A stretch of DNA of 64,000 bases from Wickerhamiella versatilis (lineage: Eukaryota). The translations under genes were made by a program, and so were the position numbers. Within the stretch, counting starts at the first letter, position 1. The number at the start of each line of letters is the position of its first letter. The DNA is taken from the NCBI GenBank assembly GCA_030867685.1, contig JAQOWU010000007.1:434001-498000 (forward strand). The letters are read 5' to 3'. Below, piece after piece: positions 42,179-52,200 of the stretch. The notes beneath the pieces are model-generated. The model made no database searches, was not told where the DNA came from, and saw nothing but the letters and a program-made list of their open reading frames with translations.

Positions 42179-43249
42179 TCAAAGATCGTTTTGACCCACG
42201 TCAGCCCTAGGGTTGTCCATTAATTTTTTTATGCGAGACTGCCAAGAGTGGGCATTCTCGAATCCGTTTTGCTCCATCGAGTAGTCGGCAAAGGCTTTTT
42301 GAATGTTCGATTGAGAGTCAGCCACAAACGGACCATATTGGTAAATAGGTTGATCAAGTGGCTCACCCGCAACTAAGATGAGGCGAGAATTTGGTGTCTT
42401 TGAAACAATAAGGACTCCTTCTTCTGATGGCTCATTTGACAACACAGATGTGTGGTACGGCTTAATCTTCATTTCGTCAACCTGTACCTCACCTTCAAGA
42501 GTATAGAAGAATGCATTCCAGCCTTTAGGAATATGCTGGAATACAGTGGCGCTCTCGGAGCTTAACTGGATGTCAAAGAACCAGCATCCGCCCAGTGGGC
42601 GAACTGGAGATTCTACGAGGCCCTGGGAGTCATCTCCCTGAGACTCACCACAAATCACCTTAATGGCAACATCTTTACTTGGATTGGCGGAAGGTACCTC
42701 ATATGCCTTTTTATCTTGGTACGAAGCATCTACATTTTTCTTGTTGCTTGGCAGGTCTATCCAGAGTTGTAAACCTTCAGGAGAAACACCACCATCTTCG
42801 AATAGAGGAATTTCCGAATGAACTATACCTTTTCCAGCTATCATAAACTGCAAATCACCTGGGCCTAGTTTTCCTCGGTTACCAAGAATATCTTCATGGA
42901 GAAAACTTCCCCTCAGTAAATACGTTAATGTGGTCATGCCACGGTGAGGGTGGTCCGGGAACCCGGCACCTTCAGTAAGCTTGAAGTGATCAAGCATTAA
43001 GAACGGGCTGAAATTCCGAAGTTCACGAGTTCCAATTGACCTACGGACTCGGGCTCCGACCCCTTCACCCTGCTCGATATTGAGGACCGTCTTCACGATT
43101 CTTCTACTTGTTGGCGCTGACATACTGGATAATGTCTTGTTTGCTTGTGATTCAATTTCGTTAGGATCCACGTGGAATCGATAAGACACTATAAGCACAA
43201 CAAGTGCAGTAAGCAGTACAACCGGAAAAAATAAACTGGGCTTAAGCAT
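42179..43249 (-). CDS. Pirin family bicupin protein
   Basis: GEGVGARVRRSIG, PFLMLDHF, GFPDHPHRG, GIVHSE, LQLWIDLP, QYGPFV; alternative start at 43123. Confidence 0.92.
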   Translation of the reverse strand: MLKPSLFFPVVLLTALVVLIVSYRFHVDPNEIESQANKTLSSMSAPTSRRIVKTVLNIEQGEGVGARVRRSIGTRELRNFSPFLMLDHFKLTEGAGFPDHPHRGMTTLTYLLRGSFLHEDILGNRGKLGPGDLQFMIAGKGIVHSEIPLFEDGGVSPEGLQLWIDLPSNKKNVDASYQDKKAYEVPSANPSKDVAIKVICGESQGDDSQGLVESPVRPLGGCWFFDIQLSSESATVFQHIPKGWNAFFYTLEGEVQVDEMKIKPYHTSVLSNEPSEEGVLIVSKTPNSRLILVAGEPLDQPIYQYGPFVADSQSNIQKAFADYSMEQNGFENAHSWQSRIKKLMDNPRADVGQNDL

Positions 43250-43501
43250 TATTCTGGGGGTGAACCCAATTACATATATACTTGCTCGGCATACCGATAA
43301 CTCACAGCAACATTTATAATCGACAGATCCTAACGAACAATATACTTATATATTGGAGTTCGAAGCTGGCCAATAAGCGACTAGCGCATTGGTTGCCACC
43401 TGTCGAAGTATTTCTTAGAGTGAATGCTCTCCAGAACTAAACAGAAACAAGTCAGGTGCGAAGCTAGCGTTAAATCTTATTTATAATCATTGACGACCGG
43501 T

Positions 43502-44116
43502 ATGGTTCATTTCTACCGTCCAAAAGACGGCCATGGCCTGGCCCATAATCCGCTTAAGGCAATTATAGCACCTCGTCCTATTGGCTGGATAGGATCCAGA
43601 GATGGTGATGGTATTCTTAATTTAGCGCCTTATAGCTTTTTCAATGCTGTCAACGAAAGTCCACCTATCATAGCTTTTTGCAGCAGCTCTCGAAAGGACA
43701 CATTGAATAATGTTGAAACTACTGGTGAGTTTGTCTGGAATCTTGCCACAAGAAGTTTAGCAGATCAGATGAATATCTCCTGTAAATCAGTTGCACCTGA
43801 GGTGGATGAGTTCGAGCTCTCTGGGTTGAAAACCGAGCCGTCTGTTGAAGTTAACGTTCCCCGTGTAAAGGAGTCACCAGTATCATTTGAATGCCGTCTA
43901 ATTCAAATCGTACAGTTGAAGACATCAGGTGGAGAACAGCTCAATAGCTGGCTGGTTTTGGGTGAAGTTGTTGGCGTCCATATCAAAGAGGACCTAATAA
44001 AAAATGGTGTTTACGACACGCTTGCCGGTGATCCAATCATGCGAGGTGGTGGATTAGGCGATTATTTTACTCTAGGCGACAGCCAAAAGTTCTCTATGCC
44101 AAGACCAAAGGATTGA
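43502..44116 (+). CDS. Flavin reductase-like FMN-binding protein (DIM6/NTAB family), bacterial-like
   Basis: HFYRPKDGHGLAHNPLKAIIAPRPIGWI, NLAPYSFFN, KDTLNNVETTGEFVWN, PRVKESPVSFEC. Confidence 0.88.
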   Translation: MVHFYRPKDGHGLAHNPLKAIIAPRPIGWIGSRDGDGILNLAPYSFFNAVNESPPIIAFCSSSRKDTLNNVETTGEFVWNLATRSLADQMNISCKSVAPEVDEFELSGLKTEPSVEVNVPRVKESPVSFECRLIQIVQLKTSGGEQLNSWLVLGEVVGVHIKEDLIKNGVYDTLAGDPIMRGGGLGDYFTLGDSQKFSMPRPKD

Positions 44117-44286
44117 AGCAGCATAGGATAATTAATTATAATGGATACTGGAGGGCGTAGGATAAAACCTTAAAATAGACAGATTTAAACTCAATACTAT
44201 ATTTTTCAAAACTTATCGCGCTTAACGATTTTACTGGGATAAACCTAAATGATTGGCGCTTATGCATGAGGTAAGACCTCCCGATT

Positions 44287-45315
44287 ATGCCTGAGATTGT
44301 TGTTGTTGGTGCTGGTGTGACAGGGCTTTATACGGCATTTGTTCTAGCTCGACAGGGCAAAGCTCAAGATGTTAAAGTTTATTCTCGTCATCTACCAGGT
44401 GACCTGTCTATAGACTACACAAGTCCTCGTGCCGGCGGAAACTATAGCCTCGGAGTCATATCCGACTCACCACTTATCATGGAATTGAGCAGACGTTCGT
44501 GGCAGGGCCTGGAAAGGCTCTGTAATGAGTATCCAGAGGACCGGTCTTACCTTGGTCGCAGGCCTATCTTTGAGCTATGGGACGCGGAGACCGCTCCAAA
44601 ATCACTGGTCTCTAAAGTCAAAAAATTTATTCCCGATCTTGAGGTGATTACTGACGATGAGCTACTTAAGTCAAGAGGTGCTGATTTTGGGGTAAGCTTT
44701 ACCTCATTCAACTTCTATGGCCCGATGTTCATTCAATTTCTGAAAGACCAGTTAGAGAGTCTTGGTGTGCAGTTCGTCCGACGTGATCTTAAGAGCCTAG
44801 ATGAGGCCTTTGACCCTGACACAAAGGTTGTGTTTAATTGTACTGGTGTCACGGTGGACCGTCTTTCTGATGTGAATGATAGTAACGTGAAACCCATTCG
44901 AGGTGCCGTCGTAGTTGTCAGGGCACCACACATCCAAGAAAATTGGGCACTTTCTGAAAGTGAAAAGCCTCCAACATACCTGATTCCACGTCCTAATAGT
45001 GGTGGAAGGGTGATATTGGGTGGTTACTACCAATACGGAAATGCCTCAGGTCAGACGACTGGAATGGAGGTAGCATCGATTCTAGATCGTACCTCTCGCT
45101 TATTTCCGGATCTCTATAAATATGGTCAGCCTGAGATCATAGATGTGCGAGCAGGACTTCGTCCTGGGCGGTCTGGTGGGCCTCGCATCGAACGGGAAAG
45201 TCGTAATGGGCGTACAGTTATCCACAACTATGGCGCTGCAGGCGCTGGCTATCAAATGGGTCTTGGTATGGCGCTGAAGGCGGTTGAGCTCTACATTCCT
45301 AAAGTCAAACTTTGA
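44287..45315 (+). CDS. D-amino acid oxidase / D-aspartate oxidase family flavoenzyme
   Basis: VVGAGVTG, YTSPRAG, NCTG, PIRG, GLRPGR, HNYGAAGAGYQ; C-terminal -VKL resembles PTS1. Confidence 0.9.
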   Translation: MPEIVVVGAGVTGLYTAFVLARQGKAQDVKVYSRHLPGDLSIDYTSPRAGGNYSLGVISDSPLIMELSRRSWQGLERLCNEYPEDRSYLGRRPIFELWDAETAPKSLVSKVKKFIPDLEVITDDELLKSRGADFGVSFTSFNFYGPMFIQFLKDQLESLGVQFVRRDLKSLDEAFDPDTKVVFNCTGVTVDRLSDVNDSNVKPIRGAVVVVRAPHIQENWALSESEKPPTYLIPRPNSGGRVILGGYYQYGNASGQTTGMEVASILDRTSRLFPDLYKYGQPEIIDVRAGLRPGRSGGPRIERESRNGRTVIHNYGAAGAGYQMGLGMALKAVELYIPKVKL

Positions 45316-45561
45316 ACGACAGGTGGGCTAGGCTCAGTAAATATTTCGTGTAGCTAAATATATTTTCGCATTGTGACTTTTTTCATGGCAAAGAAGATTC
45401 CGCTAATGAGGAAAACAGAGGCGTACAATTCAATGAAACTTTATAGATTTATCCCGCATCAAGTTAAATGCAGGAAGACAAATTAGGCATGTCATGTCAC
45501 GTGCTATGACGGTATTGAGGATTTTATAGTCTCCGCAATCCGGGGATATCCAAGATCGTAT

Positions 45562-47292
45562 ATGGGAAAATTTAGTGAGATTTGTGGTCGCTTAAGGTGG
45601 GGTGTCTTTCCTGTTCGTCGTGAAGTTAAGGTGGTGCACGACACGAAGGAATATTCAGAGAATCTTCCATACGACGAAGATAAACTAACTCAGACAGATG
45701 TCGAGGGACCAATTGAATATCGAAATGAAGCCGGTCGTAAATGGTATAAATTTTTTGATGAATATGAATATCGTATGAACAAATATGATCGAGCAAAACA
45801 CAAATGGTGGAAGTGGTTCGACGATGATGATACAACAGAGGTTAGAAAAGCTTTGACGAAACTTGATATTCTTCTTGTCCTATATTCCTTTTGTGCTTAT
45901 TTCGTGAAGTATTTATCACAGACAAATCTCAATAATGCATATATAATTGACGATTTCACGAAAGATCTTGGTATGGGGGGTAATGATCTGGTTGATACAC
46001 AAGTCCTATTTAATGTAGGAAATATCGTTTTCCAAATTCCATTCTTATACGTGTTGTATTCCATGCCGTTAAATTATGTCCTTCCAGCTCTTGATATTGC
46101 TTGGTCCATTCTTACTTTCGGTATCAGTGCTGTTCGAAGTGTTCAGGGGTTGAAAACTCTTCGCTTCTTCATCGGTGCGATGGAGGCGCCAAGCTACATG
46201 GCTTATCATTTTTTGTTCGCTTCATGGTATAAACCCAGTGAGATCAATCGGCGTGCGGGAATTTACTATATGGGCCAATACCTAGGAATAATGATTTCGT
46301 CTCTCATATCAAGCGCCTGTGTCACTACACTCAATGGAAAGCTTGGCCATCCAGGCTGGTCCTGGATTTTTATAATTGATGGAATAATATCGCTTGCCAT
46401 TGGTATCATTGGGATCTACATGATTCCCAATACGCCGAACGATTGCTACTCCATTTTCTTGTCTGACAGAGAAATTCTGCTTTTCCGCGAGCGAATGAAG
46501 GAAAATCACACCTCGGGACACCCGAAACCAAAAGAGGCTTTCAAAACCCTATTTAGTGTTCGTCTTTGGCGCGAATTGCTTTGTAGCTGGGAGTTCTACG
46601 TGGTGTCCATTTGGAACCTATTGTGCTGGAATAACAACAATGGAACCTCTGGTGCGTATAACCTCTGGGTCAAGTCTCTAAATCATTATTCTCAAGGAAA
46701 ACTACAGCAGATGACTGCGTTAACTCCTGGTCTTGGTATTGTGTGGATAGCGATCACGTCATGGATAGCAGATGCTTTTGAATCCCGCTGGTTTGCTATA
46801 GTCTTTAGTCAAGCATTCAATATCACGGGCAACGTTATTCTAGCTGTATGGAATGTTCCAGAGCGTGCTAAGTGGTTTGCTTGGTGTCTACAGTACTTTG
46901 GCTGGGCCATGGCTCCGAGTCTGTATTCCTGGGAAGGGGATCTGATGCGTCGTGATACCCAAAAACGAGGAATATTGCTAGTTTGGATGAATATGCTAGC
47001 TCAGGCATCAACTGCATGGATGGCAGTTATTGTTTGGCGTACCGTAGAACAACCGCGGTACCTGAAGGGATACTCATGGACTGCAGCCTGCGCATTTGGT
47101 GTGAGTGTTTGGACGTTCCTTGTGCTGGCCTTGTATAAGCGGAATGAGCGGCGGAATGCTCTACAGAATGGTATCGTTCTTTACAATCGTGTAAATACGG
47201 ATTCCGAGAATGATTCGGAGACAGAAACTTCGGAGATTAAACAGGAAATAGACAAGGCTGAGGGGAGGAAAAAAAGTCTTTCAATTGATTAA
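45562..47292 (+). CDS. SEO1: Allantoate-family (ACS) MFS permease, SEO1-like
   Basis: EYRNEAGRKWYKFFDEYEYR N-terminal motif, QTNLNNAY, LCWNNNNG. Confidence 0.82.
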   Translation: MGKFSEICGRLRWGVFPVRREVKVVHDTKEYSENLPYDEDKLTQTDVEGPIEYRNEAGRKWYKFFDEYEYRMNKYDRAKHKWWKWFDDDDTTEVRKALTKLDILLVLYSFCAYFVKYLSQTNLNNAYIIDDFTKDLGMGGNDLVDTQVLFNVGNIVFQIPFLYVLYSMPLNYVLPALDIAWSILTFGISAVRSVQGLKTLRFFIGAMEAPSYMAYHFLFASWYKPSEINRRAGIYYMGQYLGIMISSLISSACVTTLNGKLGHPGWSWIFIIDGIISLAIGIIGIYMIPNTPNDCYSIFLSDREILLFRERMKENHTSGHPKPKEAFKTLFSVRLWRELLCSWEFYVVSIWNLLCWNNNNGTSGAYNLWVKSLNHYSQGKLQQMTALTPGLGIVWIAITSWIADAFESRWFAIVFSQAFNITGNVILAVWNVPERAKWFAWCLQYFGWAMAPSLYSWEGDLMRRDTQKRGILLVWMNMLAQASTAWMAVIVWRTVEQPRYLKGYSWTAACAFGVSVWTFLVLALYKRNERRNALQNGIVLYNRVNTDSENDSETETSEIKQEIDKAEGRKKSLSID

Positions 47293-47590
47293 ATATTGGA
47301 ATAAAACTATTGCAATAGATCATATCCACCAAAATAATATTGAACAGAAACAATATCATCAACTACTATACGGATAACGAATTTATCAGTAAGAGAAGCG
47401 CATATCCACGCGCGCTTGTTCCCACTACCTTTAGTACTAGCCGTGAAGAAACATAGAAGATAGGTAGTGGAGAGACACAGAGAATTATATTCAATCAAAA
47501 GAGTTGTATATGATCAGCAAATATTACGCTTGTTAGAATCTAGCATATTATACCACATCACTAGCTGCTGCAGGAAGCTGCTGTGCCAGT

Positions 47591-48583
47591 TCAAACACGT
47601 TGTTCGGATACCTGACTGATGACTTTCCCAGACTTTAAAACAGAGTCAACATTACTTCTTACTTCTCTATCAAGGTCATCACGGGTTTCCCATGTAGCCG
47701 TAGCTACATGTGGTGTGAGAAGAGCACGACTCGAGGCCAAAAGTTTGGGGTTGATTTCAGGCTCATGTTCGTAAACATCCATCCCCACAGAACCTAATTT
47801 CCCTTCCTCCAAGAGATCAGCTAGAGCAGACTCGTCAATTAGGGCACCGCGACCAACATTGACCAAACAGGCTTTATCCGGGAGTAAGGCCAGCTTTTCA
47901 CGATTTAATAAGTGGTGGGTAAGTGAATTTAAGGGCAAAACACACACTACCGCATTGCACTGCTTAAGAAAAGCGTCTAGATCCGGTTCATACTTGGTAT
48001 CCTGCTCGGTATCGGGCGAAAGTTGTCTTCTTGAATGGTACAATATTTCCTTGAAACCATAGGCGCGACACCTGTCACGAATCAACTGGCCAATATTTCC
48101 CATCCCTAAGATTCCCAGAGTTATTCCCCGGGGATCATGTCCGAGCTCCTCAGATCCCAACCAGTTACCAGCTCTCAGGCTAACTAGATATGGATAGAGC
48201 ATTCTTATAGAACCAATTAAAAGCCACACAGCATGATCTGCTGTGGCACGAGAGTTTGATTTCGGGGCATGTGCTACTTGAACACCCCACTTGGTCCATT
48301 CATCTACGGGGCCGACCTTCTCATAACCAGCACCAGCATGACATATGGCCTTACAACCCTTTTCTGCAGCGGCCTTGATGATTTTTTCCGTATACCCACC
48401 CATGTTCATTGAGCCATAATATGTATTCGCGATTGCATCGACTGTGTCGACACTATTAATGATAGCTAGCATCTCACCCTCGTTCTTGGGACTAATAGTG
48501 ATAAGTTCAATACCATTGTCCTCAGCCCATGCATTCCATTCATTCTGCAGCCACATACGAAATGCTAGTACCCTCTGCCGCAT
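47591..48583 (-). CDS. Second D-isomer-specific 2-hydroxyacid dehydrogenase
   Basis: HAGAGY, GHDPRG, GILGMGNIG, VNVGRG, DVYEHEP, TPHVAT. Confidence 0.9.
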   Translation of the reverse strand: MRQRVLAFRMWLQNEWNAWAEDNGIELITISPKNEGEMLAIINSVDTVDAIANTYYGSMNMGGYTEKIIKAAAEKGCKAICHAGAGYEKVGPVDEWTKWGVQVAHAPKSNSRATADHAVWLLIGSIRMLYPYLVSLRAGNWLGSEELGHDPRGITLGILGMGNIGQLIRDRCRAYGFKEILYHSRRQLSPDTEQDTKYEPDLDAFLKQCNAVVCVLPLNSLTHHLLNREKLALLPDKACLVNVGRGALIDESALADLLEEGKLGSVGMDVYEHEPEINPKLLASSRALLTPHVATATWETRDDLDREVRSNVDSVLKSGKVISQVSEQRV

Positions 48584-49214
48584 GATGTGACGAACTAGTC
48601 AGGTGACTAATGATATCAGTGAGCTCAGCGACAAGAAGCAGTCGACCCCTTGGCATCTTCTTCAGGATAAGCTAGATATCTAAAGACTCAATTTTAAAAG
48701 CAAAAATATGCCTGAAATTCGCAAACCAGAAATTATATAATGTTTCTCGACAAGCCAGGCTCAAGGTCAACTAGGCTGAACAGATTTCTGATTACATATA
48801 TATTTAAACTAATTCCAGCATACATGTAACAGATGGGTATTATACAGGTGCATCTAGTTCAGTGGCTGAAATAAAAAGTAGGTTCTGAAAAATTTCATTT
48901 TTCCACCAATTGAATTCATATTAATAAAGTTAATACGGTGCATCGTCACTTTAGAAAACTTAGCAGTTGACCAGGCACGTCAGATACCAAAGAAAGTACA
49001 GTAACACCTTATTCCCTTTATATTTTTACGCTAAACGGCACATTATGCGGGGGCAAATGTGTTGCCAGCAGGCTTGCAAGGGCTATTCAGGGGTATCCCC
49101 ATAACGTAATAATTATACCCGGTGACTGCCTATAGATAAGAATTAGTAATAGTTCGCTTTTTTAGGAAGTCCTTGATCAAAAATTTCAAGAATTCCGCGA
49201 CGCATTTTACCACG

Positions 49215-52200
49215 ATGCGCGTACTGAGTATCGAATGCCCTTTTCTAGATCCTCAGACTGAATTTGTTTCATTGTGTACGGGGCAACTGGCGGCAGCTTT
49301 AGTGGCATTAGTAGTCAGTGTGCCGCTCATTTATGAGGGTTCTACGCTGCTAAAAGTAGGTCGTGCAGCACACTCAACAGCTGCAGAGCTCGTTGAAGTC
49401 ATATTGGCTTTGGCGTCGCTAGTAATATGGTTAGCGAGTCCTTTCGTGCGCCATGACGAACCGACGCTCACTGAGTGGGTAGCAATACTTGGTGCTGTTT
49501 TAGTTGTTGGAGCTCATTATTTGCAGAATGGGCGTGTACGTGTGGGAATGGGTGGACTTGGACTTTATTGGTTGGGTGAGGTATTTGTATCTATAAGTTT
49601 GACAGCTGATACTTTTCTTAGACATGATACCAGCTCTGCAAAGGTCTATGGTGCTCAGATTTTTATTTCGGCAGTACTTTTAATTCTTGAATCTACGGCT
49701 GGAACCCATACAACAGACCTCACAATGCAGTTTGGTGATAGATTTATTCGCTCATTTGAGTCCGTCACTATCTTTGATCAGATGAGTATGGCTTTTGTCA
49801 CGCCGTTGATGAAAAAGGGTACGCATGAAAAATTGGAGCGCAAAGACATCCCGCTGCCTTTTTCGGGCCTCAATGCAGCTGGAGCCCAGGAACAGCTTCA
49901 GCATGCATTAGATGAATGCAAGGGATCTCGATATTTGCTGCTATTGGGAATTTTCAAAACTCTTAAGTGGGAGCTTGCCGGGATGCTTATCATAGATATT
50001 TTTGGTGAGTTCATATGGCTTTTCAGTCCTCTCGTGTTAAGCCTAACATTCAAGTCTCTTCAGGGTTTTATTGATGGAAATGCGCCGTTGTTTCCATCGA
50101 TATTCTTTGGTACGCTTGTTGGTGTCATGCCTTTAGCTGAAGGCGCATTTTTAAAGCTAAGCCAAGTGTGGCAGGGCTACATAGATGTTATCTCGCGCGT
50201 TTCTGTTACAGGAGCTATATACCGCAAAGCATTAACTTTAGCACCTACTTCGCGTGCAGAATATGACTCCGGAAAAATCATGAACATGGTAAATGTCGAT
50301 ACTAACTTTATACTGTATATTTCTGATGTCCTAATTATGTTTGTGACCTGTCCTCTGATGCTTATTTTGGCACTATGGCAACTGTGGCTTCTTGTTGGCA
50401 TTTCTGTTGCAGGTGGTGCAGTGGTCTTGGCGTTGTTTTCTGCTTTTACAGGATACACCTCAAGATTGTCAATGCCATTGTATCCTGCCTGGATGGCAGC
50501 CATAGATAACCGGACAAAAGCATCTTCCAATGTTTTACGCAACATTAAATCCCTCAAACTATACTCTTGGGAGCAACCTTATCATGACCGTATAGTCAAT
50601 TCCCGTGATAATACTGAGTTACCACGTCTCCGTGGAACTCGAAAAATCGAGGCCCTAAATAGTGGTGTGTGGTCTGTTTCTGAGGACATCGTTGCAGTAG
50701 CTATTTTTATCGTATTTTTGTGGTGGCATCAAGGCTCACTCTCTGCCGATATAGTTTTTCCCACATTATTACTTTTGACGATTGTCTCAATCCAAACGGG
50801 ATTGCTAGCTCCTATGATTACTGATGCTATACAGATACTAACGTCGAACAAGCGTATTTCGGAATTTTTGAGTCAACCTGATCACCGGCATATAAACTAC
50901 TTTCGTCATCTGGGAGCCCCAGGAGAAGCTCCAGGGTCAATTGACTTCCAAGATGCCGTGATATCCTGGTCTGATGAGAATGCAATTGCTCTCAATGATA
51001 TATCTTTCCAGGTTGGCAGCGGTGATTTTGTTTGTGTTACTGGTCGCGTGGGTGCTGGAAAAACAGCCCTTTTAAAATCTATTTTGGGTGAATTGGCTGT
51101 TTTAAAAGGCTCAGTGAACGTTATTGGAAAGCTCGCGTATTGTGGTCAGGAACCATGGCTGCAAAATGGTACATTGCAAGAGAATGTAGTTTTTGGACAG
51201 GAGTTTGACCAAGATTGGTATAAAGAGGTCTTAGATGCTTGTGCATTGACGAAAGATATCGAGCAAATGCCTATGGGCCATGCCACAGAGGTTGGCGAGC
51301 GCGGTATTTCTTTGAGTGGTGGACAGAAAGCTCGCGTATCACTCGCAAGGGCTATATATAGTCGAGCGGATATTTATATCCTGGACGATGTTCTTAGTGC
51401 CGTTGACGAGCATGTTGCGAAGCATCTTATAAACCGTATTTTCTCTCATGATGGTCTGTTGGCGAGCCGCACAATAGTGCTTGCCACTAATTATATTAAG
51501 GTTTTGGGACATGCCTCATTGGTACTAGCCATTCAGGATAAGAGAATCATCGAACAGACAACGATTGAGAATATGCTCAAAAACCAAGAAAACTCAGATA
51601 CTTTCCGTCTCATCAAAACTTTTAACAAAGACACTATGAATTCGCTCAGAGCTCATGATCGGAAGCATCATGTTCTCAGTAATACGAAATATGTTGAAGG
51701 TAAAGGTTTCGATTTGTTAAGTGGAGAAGCACTTACGCGAAATGACGCGAAAAAAGCTGATGAAGAGAATCAGGATGAAACTAATAGAAAGACGTCAAGT
51801 CTTGCAGTGTATGGACGTTACCTTAGGGTGCTTAGTATATGGCAGCTATCTCTTGGGTTCTGTGTAACTGTATTCTCCGTTATCTGCGTAAATGCCATCA
51901 GTTACTGGTTGGGTGTGATCTCGGATCATAGGTTCACGAGCCTGGGTCCAGCACGGTGGTACATCATTGTGTATCTGGTGATAGCGCTTCTAAGCTGTGC
52001 TTTGACCATAATTGGATATCTCTGGTTTTTAGTATACTTGGCAATACAGGCGTCCAGCGAACTTCACTCTTCAATGTTGTGGCGTGTAATGCGCGCGCCA
52101 ATGGGATTCTTCGATGCCACTCCTCTTGGTCGGGTCATTAACAGGTTTACAGGTGATATTAACCAACTAGATGCATCATTACCGCAGGGAATGTACAGTT

